From Rhizophagus irregularis (taxonomy: Eukaryota), in assembly GCF_026210795.1 (NCBI RefSeq), contig NC_089436.1, positions 620,001 through 684,000 on the forward strand: a stretch of 64,000 bases of DNA, in the 5' to 3' direction. The notes beneath the pieces are model-generated. The model had not been told where the DNA came from. It saw nothing but the letters and a program-made list of their open reading frames with translations, and searched no databases. The first letter of the stretch is position 1. Every line of letters begins with the position of its first letter. Shown in pieces: positions 25,606 to 37,149 of this stretch. The position numbers and the translations under genes were made by a program.

Positions 25606-28293
25606 TTAAAGTTTGGCTTTTTCTAGTATTGTATTATTATTATTGGGATCAATATTCAAGATTATTCCATTTAATGGTTCTTTAGAAGCCCAATCGATCA
25701 TCGTTTCATAAACTTTTCCATCATATCTTCCAAGTGCTGAACTTAATAAAGCATCAGGAATAAGAAATGCATCAACTAAACTAACAGCATTTGGTCTGAT
25801 TTCTTTTAATAAATTATAAACTTGAGTTCTTAATAATCTTGCTTGTGATGAAGTTAAATATTCACTTTCTAAAAATTCTCCTACATCTTTTTCCATCGTA
25901 TGTAATACGAATAAATTACATAGTGATGTCATAACTTTTTTCAATGACGTACTATTATGTAATATATTTAAACTTTCATCATTAATTTGTTGTTGTGAAT
26001 TATATTGAAGTGCTGTTATAAAATTTTGTACCAAAAGATATTGACAATGTGCATGTGAAATTCGATTGATTTCTACCAACATTGAATTCCAAGATTTTTT
26101 TTGATTATCTATTTGATCAACTGCATTTGCAAGTAAATATGCTATACGATGTCTAAATGCTTTCAATTGAAATTCTTGATTATTAAAATTTAAAGGTGTT
26201 GTTGCCATACATTTTTGATTAGGTTCATTAAGATATTGTAAAATATAAGTAATTGTTGGATTGGTACCAATTTGTGACGCGTATTTTTTGGGATTTTTTG
26301 TTACTTTTCGAAAAGTTTTCATGAGCTAAAAGAAAAAAAAAAGAATTGTTAACTATATATATATATATATATTGATTCTTTTATATATACAGTACTGTAT
26401 ATATGATTTACTTACATAACGAGCAGTTTGTTGAGTTAAAACATAATTATCACCTTCCCAAGTAGTATTCGGTAAATAATCTTGATAAAATTTAACAAAT
26501 CCACTAAAACTTGAATATCCATGACCTCCACATGCTCTTCTACAATCTTCAATTGATTCTACTGCCATAGTAGTAGTTAAAGATTTTAATCCTGAACTTG
26601 AAGCATGTATATCTGCTAATAAAGAATAATTTCCATCAGAACTTTGTTCCATATATTTTGTATATAAATTATTCATAGCTTTTGATGTAAAAAAACACGC
26701 GTATGATTGGGCAATTATAGGAAATAATCTATATTGTTGCATAGTATAATCCAATACTGAAGTTTCAACTATACGACTAAACGATAAAAAAAAAATTTTT
26801 AAACATATTTAACAGAGTATCTCAAAACATTATAAACATTATTAACTTTTTTAACTTACCCATCTTTCAACTTTTTTGGTTCATCTTTATCAATAAATTG
26901 TCTACGTATGGCAGAATAACGAATTGCAATTGTAGCAGCACGCGCAAGTGTAACACGTACACCTGTAACAATTAAAGAACGAATCAAAACCATGATACCA
27001 TAATTTATCTTATCATTTGGTGGACTTATATATTTTCCAGTAGCTTTCTCAATTTGACAGTATTTAGAAAGCATATTAAACCGTGGAATTCGTACATGTT
27101 CAAATAACATAAATCCATTATCAGTAGCATTAAAACTAAAAAAGAAAGAAGTATATACATACATATATATATTTATTTATATATATTTTTTTAAAAAAAA
27201 TATCAAAGTAATAACTTTATATTTACCCAAATTTAGGACCAATGTCTCCAATCGTAATACCAGGTAAAGGTAAATGGGTTTCCAAATCTCGAATTTGAAC
27301 GATAAATGGATGAGGACCATAATCTTTTCCATTACTTTTCAATTGAGCCATAACAATAGCATGGGTACTGTAATAAATTTAGTCACATTAAAAAATTTGA
27401 AAACTATGTCAGAATATCAGAAATATAATATTAATACTAACGCGGTTCTTCCTAAACCTCCAATCCACCATTTAGAAGAAGTCAAAAAAGGAGAATGTAT
27501 TTCAAATTCATCAGTTTCTGGAATATAAGTGGAGGTAGTTTCTAATCCTTGAACATTGGAACCATGACCTAATTCTGTTTGTGCGTAACATCCAATGATT
27601 TGATAATTTTTAGCCGGAATAAGAAATTTTTTCTTTTGTTCTTCCGTTCCATGACCGATTAAAGTTGGTATAAACATCCCTCGATGAGCACCAAACTAGT
27701 CGGCATTAGTTGGAATAAGTTGGAATTAATTGGAATTAGTTGGAATTAGTTGGAATTAGTTGAAATTAATTGGAATTAAAGTCGAAATTCAAATAAATAA
27801 AATAATATCACGTACAGGTCCTGGCATATCAAGGAACCATTCTGCATATTGAAGTTCTTCTACATTCCATTTGTTTTCCCTGTAAAAATATCAGATTTTT
27901 AAAACAAGTAAGTAAATATATATATATGTAGACTATTTTTCGTTGAAATGTCCTTTCGGCGAAATGGCTTTCGGCGAAATGTCGCGTAACCGTAGATTAT
28001 ATAATAAATAAATTTACATACTTAATTAATTGTACCAATCTTTTTTCTTTTTTTATAGTATATTCAAATAATTTATCCCTTCCCATAAAATATATATTGG
28101 TTTTATCGAATACGGGATCATTTTCAATTATATTCAAAATTTTATGATAACGTTCCAAATCTTTAATACCATATAAAAGTAATGTAAGTTCTTTAACATC
28201 GAATGATGCGGATTCTCTCTCTTGTGTTAATAAATCTGGACCTTGTGGATCAGATGGTCTAAGATGCGAAGGAATTTTTACGTAAGATGTCAT
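25606..28293 (-). CDS. POX1: Peroxisomal acyl-CoA oxidase; exons 28293-28022, 27879-27816, 27695-27442, 27367-27227, 27135-26860, 26776-26416, 26325-25606
   Basis: [51 protein letters not shown] and [11 protein letters not shown] motifs; C-terminal PTS1 AKL. Confidence 0.95.
27705..27780. repeat. 10-bp tandem repeat (TTAGTTGGAA) x ~7 in acyl-CoA oxidase intron 2
   Basis: Directly visible. Confidence 0.85.
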
Positions 28294-31200
28294 AATTTTT
28301 CTTTTAAAAACAAAAAATAATAATAAAAATAGATTAAACAGATTCCCGACGAAAAATTATTACCGACGAAAATTATTTATATATATATACACATCATCTT
28401 GCGGACCATCTTGATACGGTAGTTAATTATAAAATGGTTAAAATTCCTGAAATCTTACGAAAAACAACGCAATCCTTTTTCTTTAATGAATATGCTTATT
28501 TCGTGGAAATATTAAAGGAATGATTACATAACAAATGTAGATCACCACCTATGAAAGTAACTTAATTAGTTTTTCTTTTTAATAAAATCAATAAAAATTA
28601 CTACGAAATACCTAATTTGTAAATGACATATTAAATCGTTGTAAGTTGTAACCCTTATACGGAAAATCAAATATATCACGTGAATAAAATTCTATTCCAG
28701 AAATAATATTAGACAACGGAGTGTTAACGGGATGTTGTATATACCAAATACCATAAAATTCAGGTCGGTATTATATAAATGTGCACATGATTATAAATTC
28801 AAACACAAAAAATATTTTTTTTTAAAAAATATTCATTAGAAATTCTACAAGAATCATTTGTTTATGCATCTTATAAAGTTTATGTAATTATTGATTGAAC
28901 TAAATTTAACTAAACTTTAAAAAAAGGCGTACATAAGTTTTCATTATAAATTACATTTTATAACGAACAATGGACTAATTTATTTACAGTTTGATTCAAA
29001 TCTTTTATTATTATTATTATATATTAAAAAAGAAAAATATTTTAGCCGTATACCCGTTCTTTATTTTTCATGCAAGGTTTACAATCAATCGGTGTACTTA
29101 TTACTATTTCGTTAAAAAATACTTCTTTTTAATAAAAACAAAGCATTTTGGTCATTTTATCATTAAGGTAATTATAATCGTTGATCCCTTTTTTTTTTTT
29201 TTTTTTGGCGGTAATCTTTTATTTATTAAATTCATTAAACATGAGGGGAAAAGGAAAATAAATTTTTGGAGAATGTGAAAAAAAAGAGTTATATTTAATA
29301 ATAAATAAATAATTTATTTATTTATTTATTTTATTTTTCTTTTTATACAGTATTACAGTACTACACACAACAAATTATTATTATATTACAATCAATTATA
29401 TTTTTGCATGATAATACTAAACTAAGTCTTATTTTATCCTATTTAGCTATCGGACAAAAATTCCCGATTAAAATAGTATAATAAAGATTGTCTTATCTTC
29501 AGCCAATCATGATATTCAACTTTATATCTGTATAGTATCTGACACTAAAATAAATATATATTTAATTGATGCAAGAGAAAAAAAAAATTTTTTTTTTTTC
29601 TTTTTTTTCTTTTTTTTTTATTATTAGTATTATTTTGATCAAATAAAATAAATGTTTTTTTACCTTTTAATCAGTTCGCATAGCATACCGCACCATTCAT
29701 GGTTCAGTACCATAGCGCCATATCATAAGATTTTTTTTGAGGAGAATTGATATACATTCGAAATTACTTTATTTTTCAAAGTAGATTAGGTAGATTGTTT
29801 TCTTTCTCCTTTCTCCTTAAAGAAAAGGTTCTGACTTCTGACATGTACAGGGTGGCTGAAGGTGTTCAATAATCTTGCATTGAGTTCTCTGATTTATACA
29901 TTATTATGCAATGACCCCGCACCTTGTCAATCACCAATAGTGTCAACTTTTATGTTAAACCTAAAAAGGTAACTTGAGGAAAATCATTCGTGCGTAGATT
30001 GTGTAGATTGTGTAGACATCGCTTGAACATCTTCAGATGAAAACCGCTGACCATTACATTAAACTGTTCCACAAAAAACTAAAAATTTTGAAGAGTGAGA
30101 AAGGGGAAGAAGAGGAGATTTAATAATCTAATATCGATATCTGGGTTTTTTTTGATGTATGCTGTACATGCAAGTTAAAATTTTTAGGAATTTATTAAAC
30201 ATGGATGATTGATTAAAGTTGGACTCCTTTAGTAATCGACTGGCAGGTTGTATTGTTCATTTATGGTTCGTGTTCGTTGAACTTACAACCTGCATCCTAA
30301 ACGCCTATGTGCAATCCTGTTGATAAGTATAACCAAAGGCATGCTTGAATACCTTTTTAGTCATTCAATGAAAAAAAAAAAATTTTTTTTACAATCCAAT
30401 TTTCTCATGACCCACTGTACTTTCAGATGTTGGTCTCAGCATAGATTCGCCAATAGAGAATGCAATCAAATTTGAAAGATCAATTTAAGCACAGTAACAT
30501 ACATTACCTTGTTTGAGATTTAATGACATGTTAAACAAAATACAGCCTTATTAATATTTAATTATTGAAAGAAATTTATAAATGATTCTGGGAGAAAAAA
30601 AAGCGTATTCAAACATCATAAACATCATTTATCTCCCTTTGTTTCAATATCATTGACTTTGCAGGGTTAGTATTTATTTATCACAAACTAAATATGTAAC
30701 GCCCTGCAAATCACATCATTCCATTTATCAAGCACGCACGATACCGTGCAATACGGGACATGCCGGGACAAGTTTCAGGTTTCGATATACTACTAATTAT
30801 TTTATCACAAACTTTATATGTAACACGAAACCTCCTGCAAAAAAAGGTCGACCCAAATTCACAGGCTTTTACAGAAAATATGATGATGATATGACGGAAT
30901 TATTCGGATAAAATTTTTTTTTTTTTGCAAAAGTTTCAGGTTTCGAGTATTATCCCTCTAACTGTAAAATTATTAATAAATTCCAGGTAAATAAATCCAG
31001 AATACAGTTAAAGAGATACTTTTATAATAATTACGTACAGTATTTTAAAAAGTTTGAAAATTTTTGGATTTTATTTACCGATAATAGACAGTATTCATAA
31101 AGATTTCAATAAATGTATATTTAATCAGCAAATGATCCATCAAGTTCAATTTTATTCAGTATATTACAATATTTTGTTTACCATATAATTTTTAAATTAA

Positions 31201-31780
31201 ATAAATTTCTTTTATTGATTAATATATGGCAGTAATAATTTAAATAGTACAATTCGGATCGGAAAATTTAGGTACTGTAAGCGTAAACAAACGAAGTTAC
31301 ATCCATTCCGAATAGGTTCTGCCCAATTTACTAACAATCTTTCCCTGATCAACAGATCGAATTACTATATAAATTTTCTAACAATTTTGAAGAATGAATG
31401 AATTACTTAATTCATTATATTCTTTAAATTCTTTTTGATTTAGAAATTAAAATGTTTTAGGGATAATCGATTTAGGGATAATCGATTTAGGGATTTGACA
31501 AATGAATTACTTAATTCATTATATTCGTTTAATTTATTAAAAAGATAAGTTCGTTTTATTTAATCAAAACTTAATACATTATAATCATTATAAATTATTA
31601 ATATGAATTATTCATTTATATCGTTTAATTTATTTATTTAAATTTATTATATTCATTTTAAATCCGTATTTAATTAATTAATTAATTATTATATTCTTTT
31701 TAAATCAATCCGTATTTCGATATGTTAAATATAGCCAATATATTTTATAATTAAATGAATGAAAATTATCAAATCCTTTA

Positions 31781-32022
31781 TATTCATTAAATTTGTTTAA
31801 ATTCGTTTTATATAATTCATTATATTCATTACATTTGTTTAAATTCGTTTTATATAATTCATTATGTTCATTAAATTTGTTTAAATTCGCTTTATATAAT
31901 TCATTATGTTCATTAAATTTGTTTAAATTCGCTTTATATAATTCATTATGCTCATTACATTTGTTTAAATTCGCTTTATATAATCCATTATATTCATTAA
32001 ATTTGTTAAATTCGCTTTATAT
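31781..32022. repeat. 42-bp minisatellite, ~5.5 copies
   Basis: Unit TTCATTAAATTTGTTTAAATTCGYTTTATATAATTCATTATR; it explains the 14-aa periodic ORF 31793-32050. Confidence 0.9.
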
Positions 32023-32327
32023 CATTTCTAAATTAATTATTTATTTATGATAATTAATTATACACAAAAATGTTTTGATAACACAAATAAATAATAAATG
32101 AAATATGATAATTTACATTACTAAATTAAAATATCACACATAAATTTTGTTATTATTATGCAAAATAATAATAATCGGAACTATACACTTTAGCTTAATA
32201 GTGTACTTTGTTTATAGTACCCAGGTTGTACGACATGGACATTCACAACCGTAATGGCATTTCGGGGTTGCAACCTCGTATAATCAAGCAGGTGGTACCA
32301 CATAGGTTGTAAATGGTGACGGCAGGC

Positions 32328-32511
32328 CAGTATTGGTATTTTCTGGAATCTGGATCTGGAAACATGTATTCCAGATTGATTCCAGTGGTTTTTAAAGTAC
32401 TGGAATCAAATTTCCAGATTCCAGAGGCCATTGGAATCAATTTGGAATCAAAATTCCAATATTCCAAATTCCAGTAAAATTGTCATTGGAAACCGGAATT
32501 TCCCATCACTG
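32328..32511. mobile_element. hAT-type MITE (184 bp) nested in a GC-richer sequence
   Basis: Imperfect TIRs CAGTATTGGTATTTTCTGG / CAGTGATGGGAAATTCCGG. 8-bp TSD CGGCAGGC / CGGCGGGC (7 of 8 match). Many internal TGGAATC/ATTCCA motifs. Confidence 0.7.
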
Positions 32512-33163
32512 CGGCGGGCCACACTAACCTACACACATGCCCATTGTTCATCACTACCTGTATATAGAGGAAGGACTTCTACCCAGGAGTTTTCCTTTAG
32601 CTTAATATTTTTTTGTCAATAAAGTCAATAAATCTGAAATTTTCCATTGTCATATATTTGGGCAAGTATTCTTTTGAATAGGTAATATATATATTAAAAA
32701 ATTATTACTGAAAATTATTACTGAAAATTATTAGTTATTACTGAAAAATTATTAGACCAAAAAGATTGAAAGCGTAAAATAATAGGATTTTCACGCATTA
32801 TTATATTTAATTTGTACCTGAATAATACCTTACATAATACGTAGATGACCGTAAATTATCTTCCCCAACGTCGCCAACAAAATTTCACGTTCACGTGATC
32901 ATTTTATAAATAATTGTCAGTTTTTCACCTCTCGTCACACCTTTCCGCTGCGTGAAATCCTATCTGTCACCGATTTATTTGTCACATAATACGCCACTCT
33001 TTATATGTTAATGCCATAATTTCGGCCAAGTCACGTAAACGTAAATTACCCCGATATAAATTACCGAAGTCATATGGACACTAAAGATTTACATAAACAT
33101 GAAGAAATAATTATCGAGGATCTTTAGTTATAAGTTTCATATAATAATAACTTTATTATCTTA

Positions 33164-34858
33164 TTATCTTTTATATAGATAATCAAAATACAAAGGGGAA
33201 GATTCAAATTTGATTTCATCTTGATCAACAATCTTTACATTTGTTTCTTCTTTTAATATTTTTAAAAAAGAAGATTCATCATCTTCAGCAAGATAACCAT
33301 CTATACCCAATAAATTGAATTCATCATTAATTTTTGCATAATCAATAATGAATTTTAAATAATCATCATTAAACATTATCATAATTAACCCTCTTAATTT
33401 ACATTTACAATTTTTCAATAACATATATAAAGCCTCATAATCAAAAAAACATGATAATTCTAAATATTTTAATGAAATAGGTAAATAATTTCCTAAATCA
33501 GAAATCAATTCATTTGTCCAACCAAAACTTCTTATACCAAAATATTTAAGATTTAAATTAGAAATTATTGATTGAACAGATTGAAAGAAACTTATAGAAT
33601 CAAGAGTTAATATTAAATGAGTAATATTAGGACAATGAATTGAAAGAGGTTTTGATAATATAATATAAGAAGTAGTTCTATCCAAACATAAAGTAGTTAA
33701 ATTAATTCCTGATAATTGAATTAAATTTGATATTGTTAAAGGAAGAAAATGATTATTTTTTAAATGAAGTGTATCTATTTTACATTTTATATTCTTTGGA
33801 GAGGGTGATGATGATGATGAAGATGATGATGATAAGGAAGTAATAGTATGAGATGAAGGAATAGTATGTGATGATAGTGATGTATTATTACTATTATTAC
33901 TATTATTGTTATTAATAGTATTGTTATTATGTTCAAGTTCATGACAATTTACAATTAAAAGAAATTTTAAATTATTACAATTTAATAAAATTTCAAAAGG
34001 AAATAAATTATTAAATTTAGTATCTATAAAATGTAATAAAACAAGAGAAGATTGATTAATTAATAAATTTAAAATTGATTTTGGTATATTACCATGAGAA
34101 TTAATTATAAATTTTTTAATATTTCTTTGAGATTTAATTATATTAAAAAATATTTCTTCTTTACCATCATCATTATTATTAAAATAAGAATCAATAAATA
34201 TATGAGATAAAGTATTACAAGATTGGGATAAAGATTTTAAAAAAGAATAAGTATTTGGTAAATTATATAAAGGTTGTGAATCAACACTAAATTGAAAAAT
34301 TTTAAGATTTGAAAATGAAGTAGAAAATGAATCTTTAGGTAAATAAGGAAAATCAGGATTATTTTCAAATGATTTAATATTTAAAAGATAAACTTTAGCA
34401 TTATTTCTCAAAAACATTTTAAATAAACTTTGAGATAATCTATGAGATATTTTGTTGATATAATTAGAATTATATTGATTATCAAATTGTGATGATGTTA
34501 TTGTTATAGTTGTTTTAACCCAAAGTTTTATACTTGAAAACATTGTTTCATAATAAAATTCTTTTAAAAAACTTGGATAATTAAATAAAACTTTTTTAAA
34601 AATTGGATAAAGTTCAGGATGATATTTACGAAGTTGTTTTTCTTCTTCATTAAGAAATAAAAGATATATTTCTATTAAACTAAGAGAAAATTTAATCGAA
34701 CGTTGCATTAAAGAAAATGGTTTACGCCAAAGTATAGGTATAATTGTTCTACACCATAATCTATTTACTAATAAACATGAATGTAAAGATGTTGTATCAT
34801 TTTCAAAATGTTTGAAAATTTCATTTATACATTCGATAGGAAAAGTTGACTTTGCCAT
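33164..34858 (-). CDS. F-box/LRR protein, single exon, 564 aa
   Basis: FPIECINEIFKHF..LHSCLLVNRLWC..ILWRKPF; FNYPSFLKEF; LRR-like C-terminal repeats; Asn/Ser-rich insert. Confidence 0.9.
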   Translation of the reverse strand: MAKSTFPIECINEIFKHFENDTTSLHSCLLVNRLWCRTIIPILWRKPFSLMQRSIKFSLSLIEIYLLFLNEEEKQLRKYHPELYPIFKKVLFNYPSFLKEFYYETMFSSIKLWVKTTITITSSQFDNQYNSNYINKISHRLSQSLFKMFLRNNAKVYLLNIKSFENNPDFPYLPKDSFSTSFSNLKIFQFSVDSQPLYNLPNTYSFLKSLSQSCNTLSHIFIDSYFNNNDDGKEEIFFNIIKSQRNIKKFIINSHGNIPKSILNLLINQSSLVLLHFIDTKFNNLFPFEILLNCNNLKFLLIVNCHELEHNNNTINNNNSNNSNNTSLSSHTIPSSHTITSLSSSSSSSSSPSPKNIKCKIDTLHLKNNHFLPLTISNLIQLSGINLTTLCLDRTTSYIILSKPLSIHCPNITHLILTLDSISFFQSVQSIISNLNLKYFGIRSFGWTNELISDLGNYLPISLKYLELSCFFDYEALYMLLKNCKCKLRGLIMIMFNDDYLKFIIDYAKINDEFNLLGIDGYLAEDDESSFLKILKEETNVKIVDQDEIKFESSPLYFDYLYKR

Positions 34859-35136
34859 TTTTTTTTTGAGGTATTTTTTTTATTTTTTTTTATTATTTTT
34901 TTTAAAACAGAAAAAAAAAGGGGGGGAAATCATATAAAAAAGGGTTGTGTTCAAAAAAATTAACCGCATTTATATAATTTCGAAAATCGCATTTAATAGT
35001 GTAACCGGTGTGTGTAATTATGATTACCGATACCTAATATTCTAACTATTTAAATTAAAATATTTTTTTTTTTAGTGTACAATCCCCGTCTTTTTTTTCC
35101 TTCTTCTTTTCTTTTTTTTATTCAAATTTTTAAATA

Positions 35137-36153
35137 ATGGAGGGTGAAGATAAAATTACTATTGAAGTATTAAATATTTTATTCAAAATTCTTCAAAATC
35201 ATAAATTTGAAAATTCAATTCCTGAGGATATTATTGAAATTATAAAAGAATATATTGATTCAAAAAGAATAAATGTTCAATTAAGAGAGATTAAAATTCC
35301 AAATAAACAAAAACATTTTGAAATTGGTTGGGATCAAGATAATTTATTAAAAGATCTTTTATCATTATCATTAAAATTATATGAACCTCATAAAAAAGAT
35401 TTTGAAAGGATACATATTGGAACAAAAAATAAATGGTTTCTTGATAATATGAAATTTGAAGGAATAAATACAGAATTAGAAATTATAACAGAAATTGTTT
35501 TAAATCAAGAAAAAAATTTACCAGGATTTGAATATTTTTATGAATTTAATAATGAAGGAGGAAATCATCATTCTGGTAATTTACTCTTTGTATCTGAAGT
35601 TGGTATTTTAGCTATAATTGGGGTTAATAATAAATTTAATTATATAGAAAATAAAAAATTTATTAAAAATCAAATTAGAGAATATAAAACATTTGCTAAT
35701 AATAGATTTGGTAATAAGTTTGTTACAATAATTGGGTTATACGCATCTTATAATAGAAATGGTAAAATTACATTAAATCCTGTTGATTCTTTTGATAAAA
35801 TGATTATGAAAAAAGTCAAAGAATTTACGAAGGAAAAACAAGAAATGTTACAAGAAAAAACTTCAAGTAATAATTTTTTTTTTTTACATACTTTTAAGAT
35901 ATATATTCATTTCAATAGACTGACAAATTTTAAAATTCTATTTTTTTTATTAGATAAGGATTCGGATTCAAGTTATTCTGATTCTGATTCAAAAGAAGAA
36001 GAATCTGATTCTGATGATGATGTCGTTATAGATGATAATTCATCACAAAATAGCTTTTTTGATTTTTTGAAATCTGTTATTAAATTCATAATTTTCATTT
36101 TACTCTTAGATTTTATCTTTAAAAATTATTTCAAAAAGGAGGGTATAGAATAA
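35137..36153 (+). CDS. Hypothetical protein with a degenerate REase-like segment, acidic tract and C-terminal TM anchor; probable intron 35867-35953
   Basis: Long ORF. An 87-nt GT..AG AT-rich segment is in frame. C-terminal hydrophobic helix VIKFIIFILLLDFIF. Confidence 0.7.
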   Translation: MEGEDKITIEVLNILFKILQNHKFENSIPEDIIEIIKEYIDSKRINVQLREIKIPNKQKHFEIGWDQDNLLKDLLSLSLKLYEPHKKDFERIHIGTKNKWFLDNMKFEGINTELEIITEIVLNQEKNLPGFEYFYEFNNEGGNHHSGNLLFVSEVGILAIIGVNNKFNYIENKKFIKNQIREYKTFANNRFGNKFVTIIGLYASYNRNGKITLNPVDSFDKMIMKKVKEFTKEKQEMLQEKTSSNNFFFLHTFKIYIHFNRLTNFKILFFLLDKDSDSSYSDSDSKEEESDSDDDVVIDDNSSQNSFFDFLKSVIKFIIFILLLDFIFKNYFKKEGIE

Positions 36154-37149
36154 TGTTTTATATTTGATGAAAAAAATTTTAATAATAAATGCATATACCT
36201 TACTTAAATATGTCATAGTGTTGATCTACATGGTCATCAATAATGTTGCGAACGAAAATAGTTTGTGATTGGCGATTCTAAACTCATCCGTATGGATCTC
36301 AATTATCGAAATATTTTAATCTTAAACTCTAAAGTTCCAAACTCCGTATGATACTCATATTTAATGTCACGTAAACTTTATAAAATGCTAAAATCTGGGG
36401 AAAGCGTTATTTGGGATTCTCGGAGATTGTTAGTGTAATGCGCACGTTATATCAGGTTATATCAATTCCATTTTTAGTCAGAGATTTCGGATTTCACGAA
36501 AATAGTTTCGTCTGACTTCGGAAGTTTCTTCCACAAATAGGATATTTCTCCCGCATAATGGAAAACTTAACAATGAAATTTTTCCTATTGGTGTAATTTA
36601 TATTATTTGAAAGCGGGGTAAGAAACCTATCCATAACAATGCTATCAAGCTCGTCAGTCAAAAACTTATATGCATATATATATATATATATATATGAGCA
36701 AATGATCCTCGTACGCGGGCAGGTAATAAAATATTCGTGCACAAATCTTCAAATCTGGTAAATCTAGTTTAAAATCTTTTCATTAGTGAGGCATGATTGA
36801 CGATAATGATCAGGTAAATATGACAAGGTAGCAAAAGAAAAAAAAACAAGAGATAACTTATTCTTTAGATCCAAGCGTTTGTACATTTCAAATAAAATAT
36901 TCAACTATCCGGAGATAAAATGCTTTTGAGATCGCAGCATAAATAACAATACAGCGTGTTGAGCAGGGCCTGCATTAATATTATTTGGATCTAAATATAG
37001 TTAGTATTCTTCCTCTTGGAGGAAACAATAAACATGATGTATATTTATTAGTCGAGTCAATTATTATCCTTGACTAACCTTTTTAATTCTATTTAGAAAT
37101 CATATTACATATCAATATTTAATATTAGTTAAAATCAAACATTGATGTA

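Noticed and set aside
29400..30560. Possible spliced gene on the minus strand (intron-like 29546-29663)
   Set aside because: Flanking frames contain stops and no family is recognisable; it could be a lncRNA or a remnant but this is unsupported.
31456..31495. Telomere-like TTTAGGG repeats
   Set aside because: Only three copies, embedded in a 15-bp local duplication; not a telomeric tract.
31781..32022. CRISPR-like array or 85-aa repeat protein
   Set aside because: Head-to-tail minisatellite without unique spacers; eukaryotic context with no cas genes.
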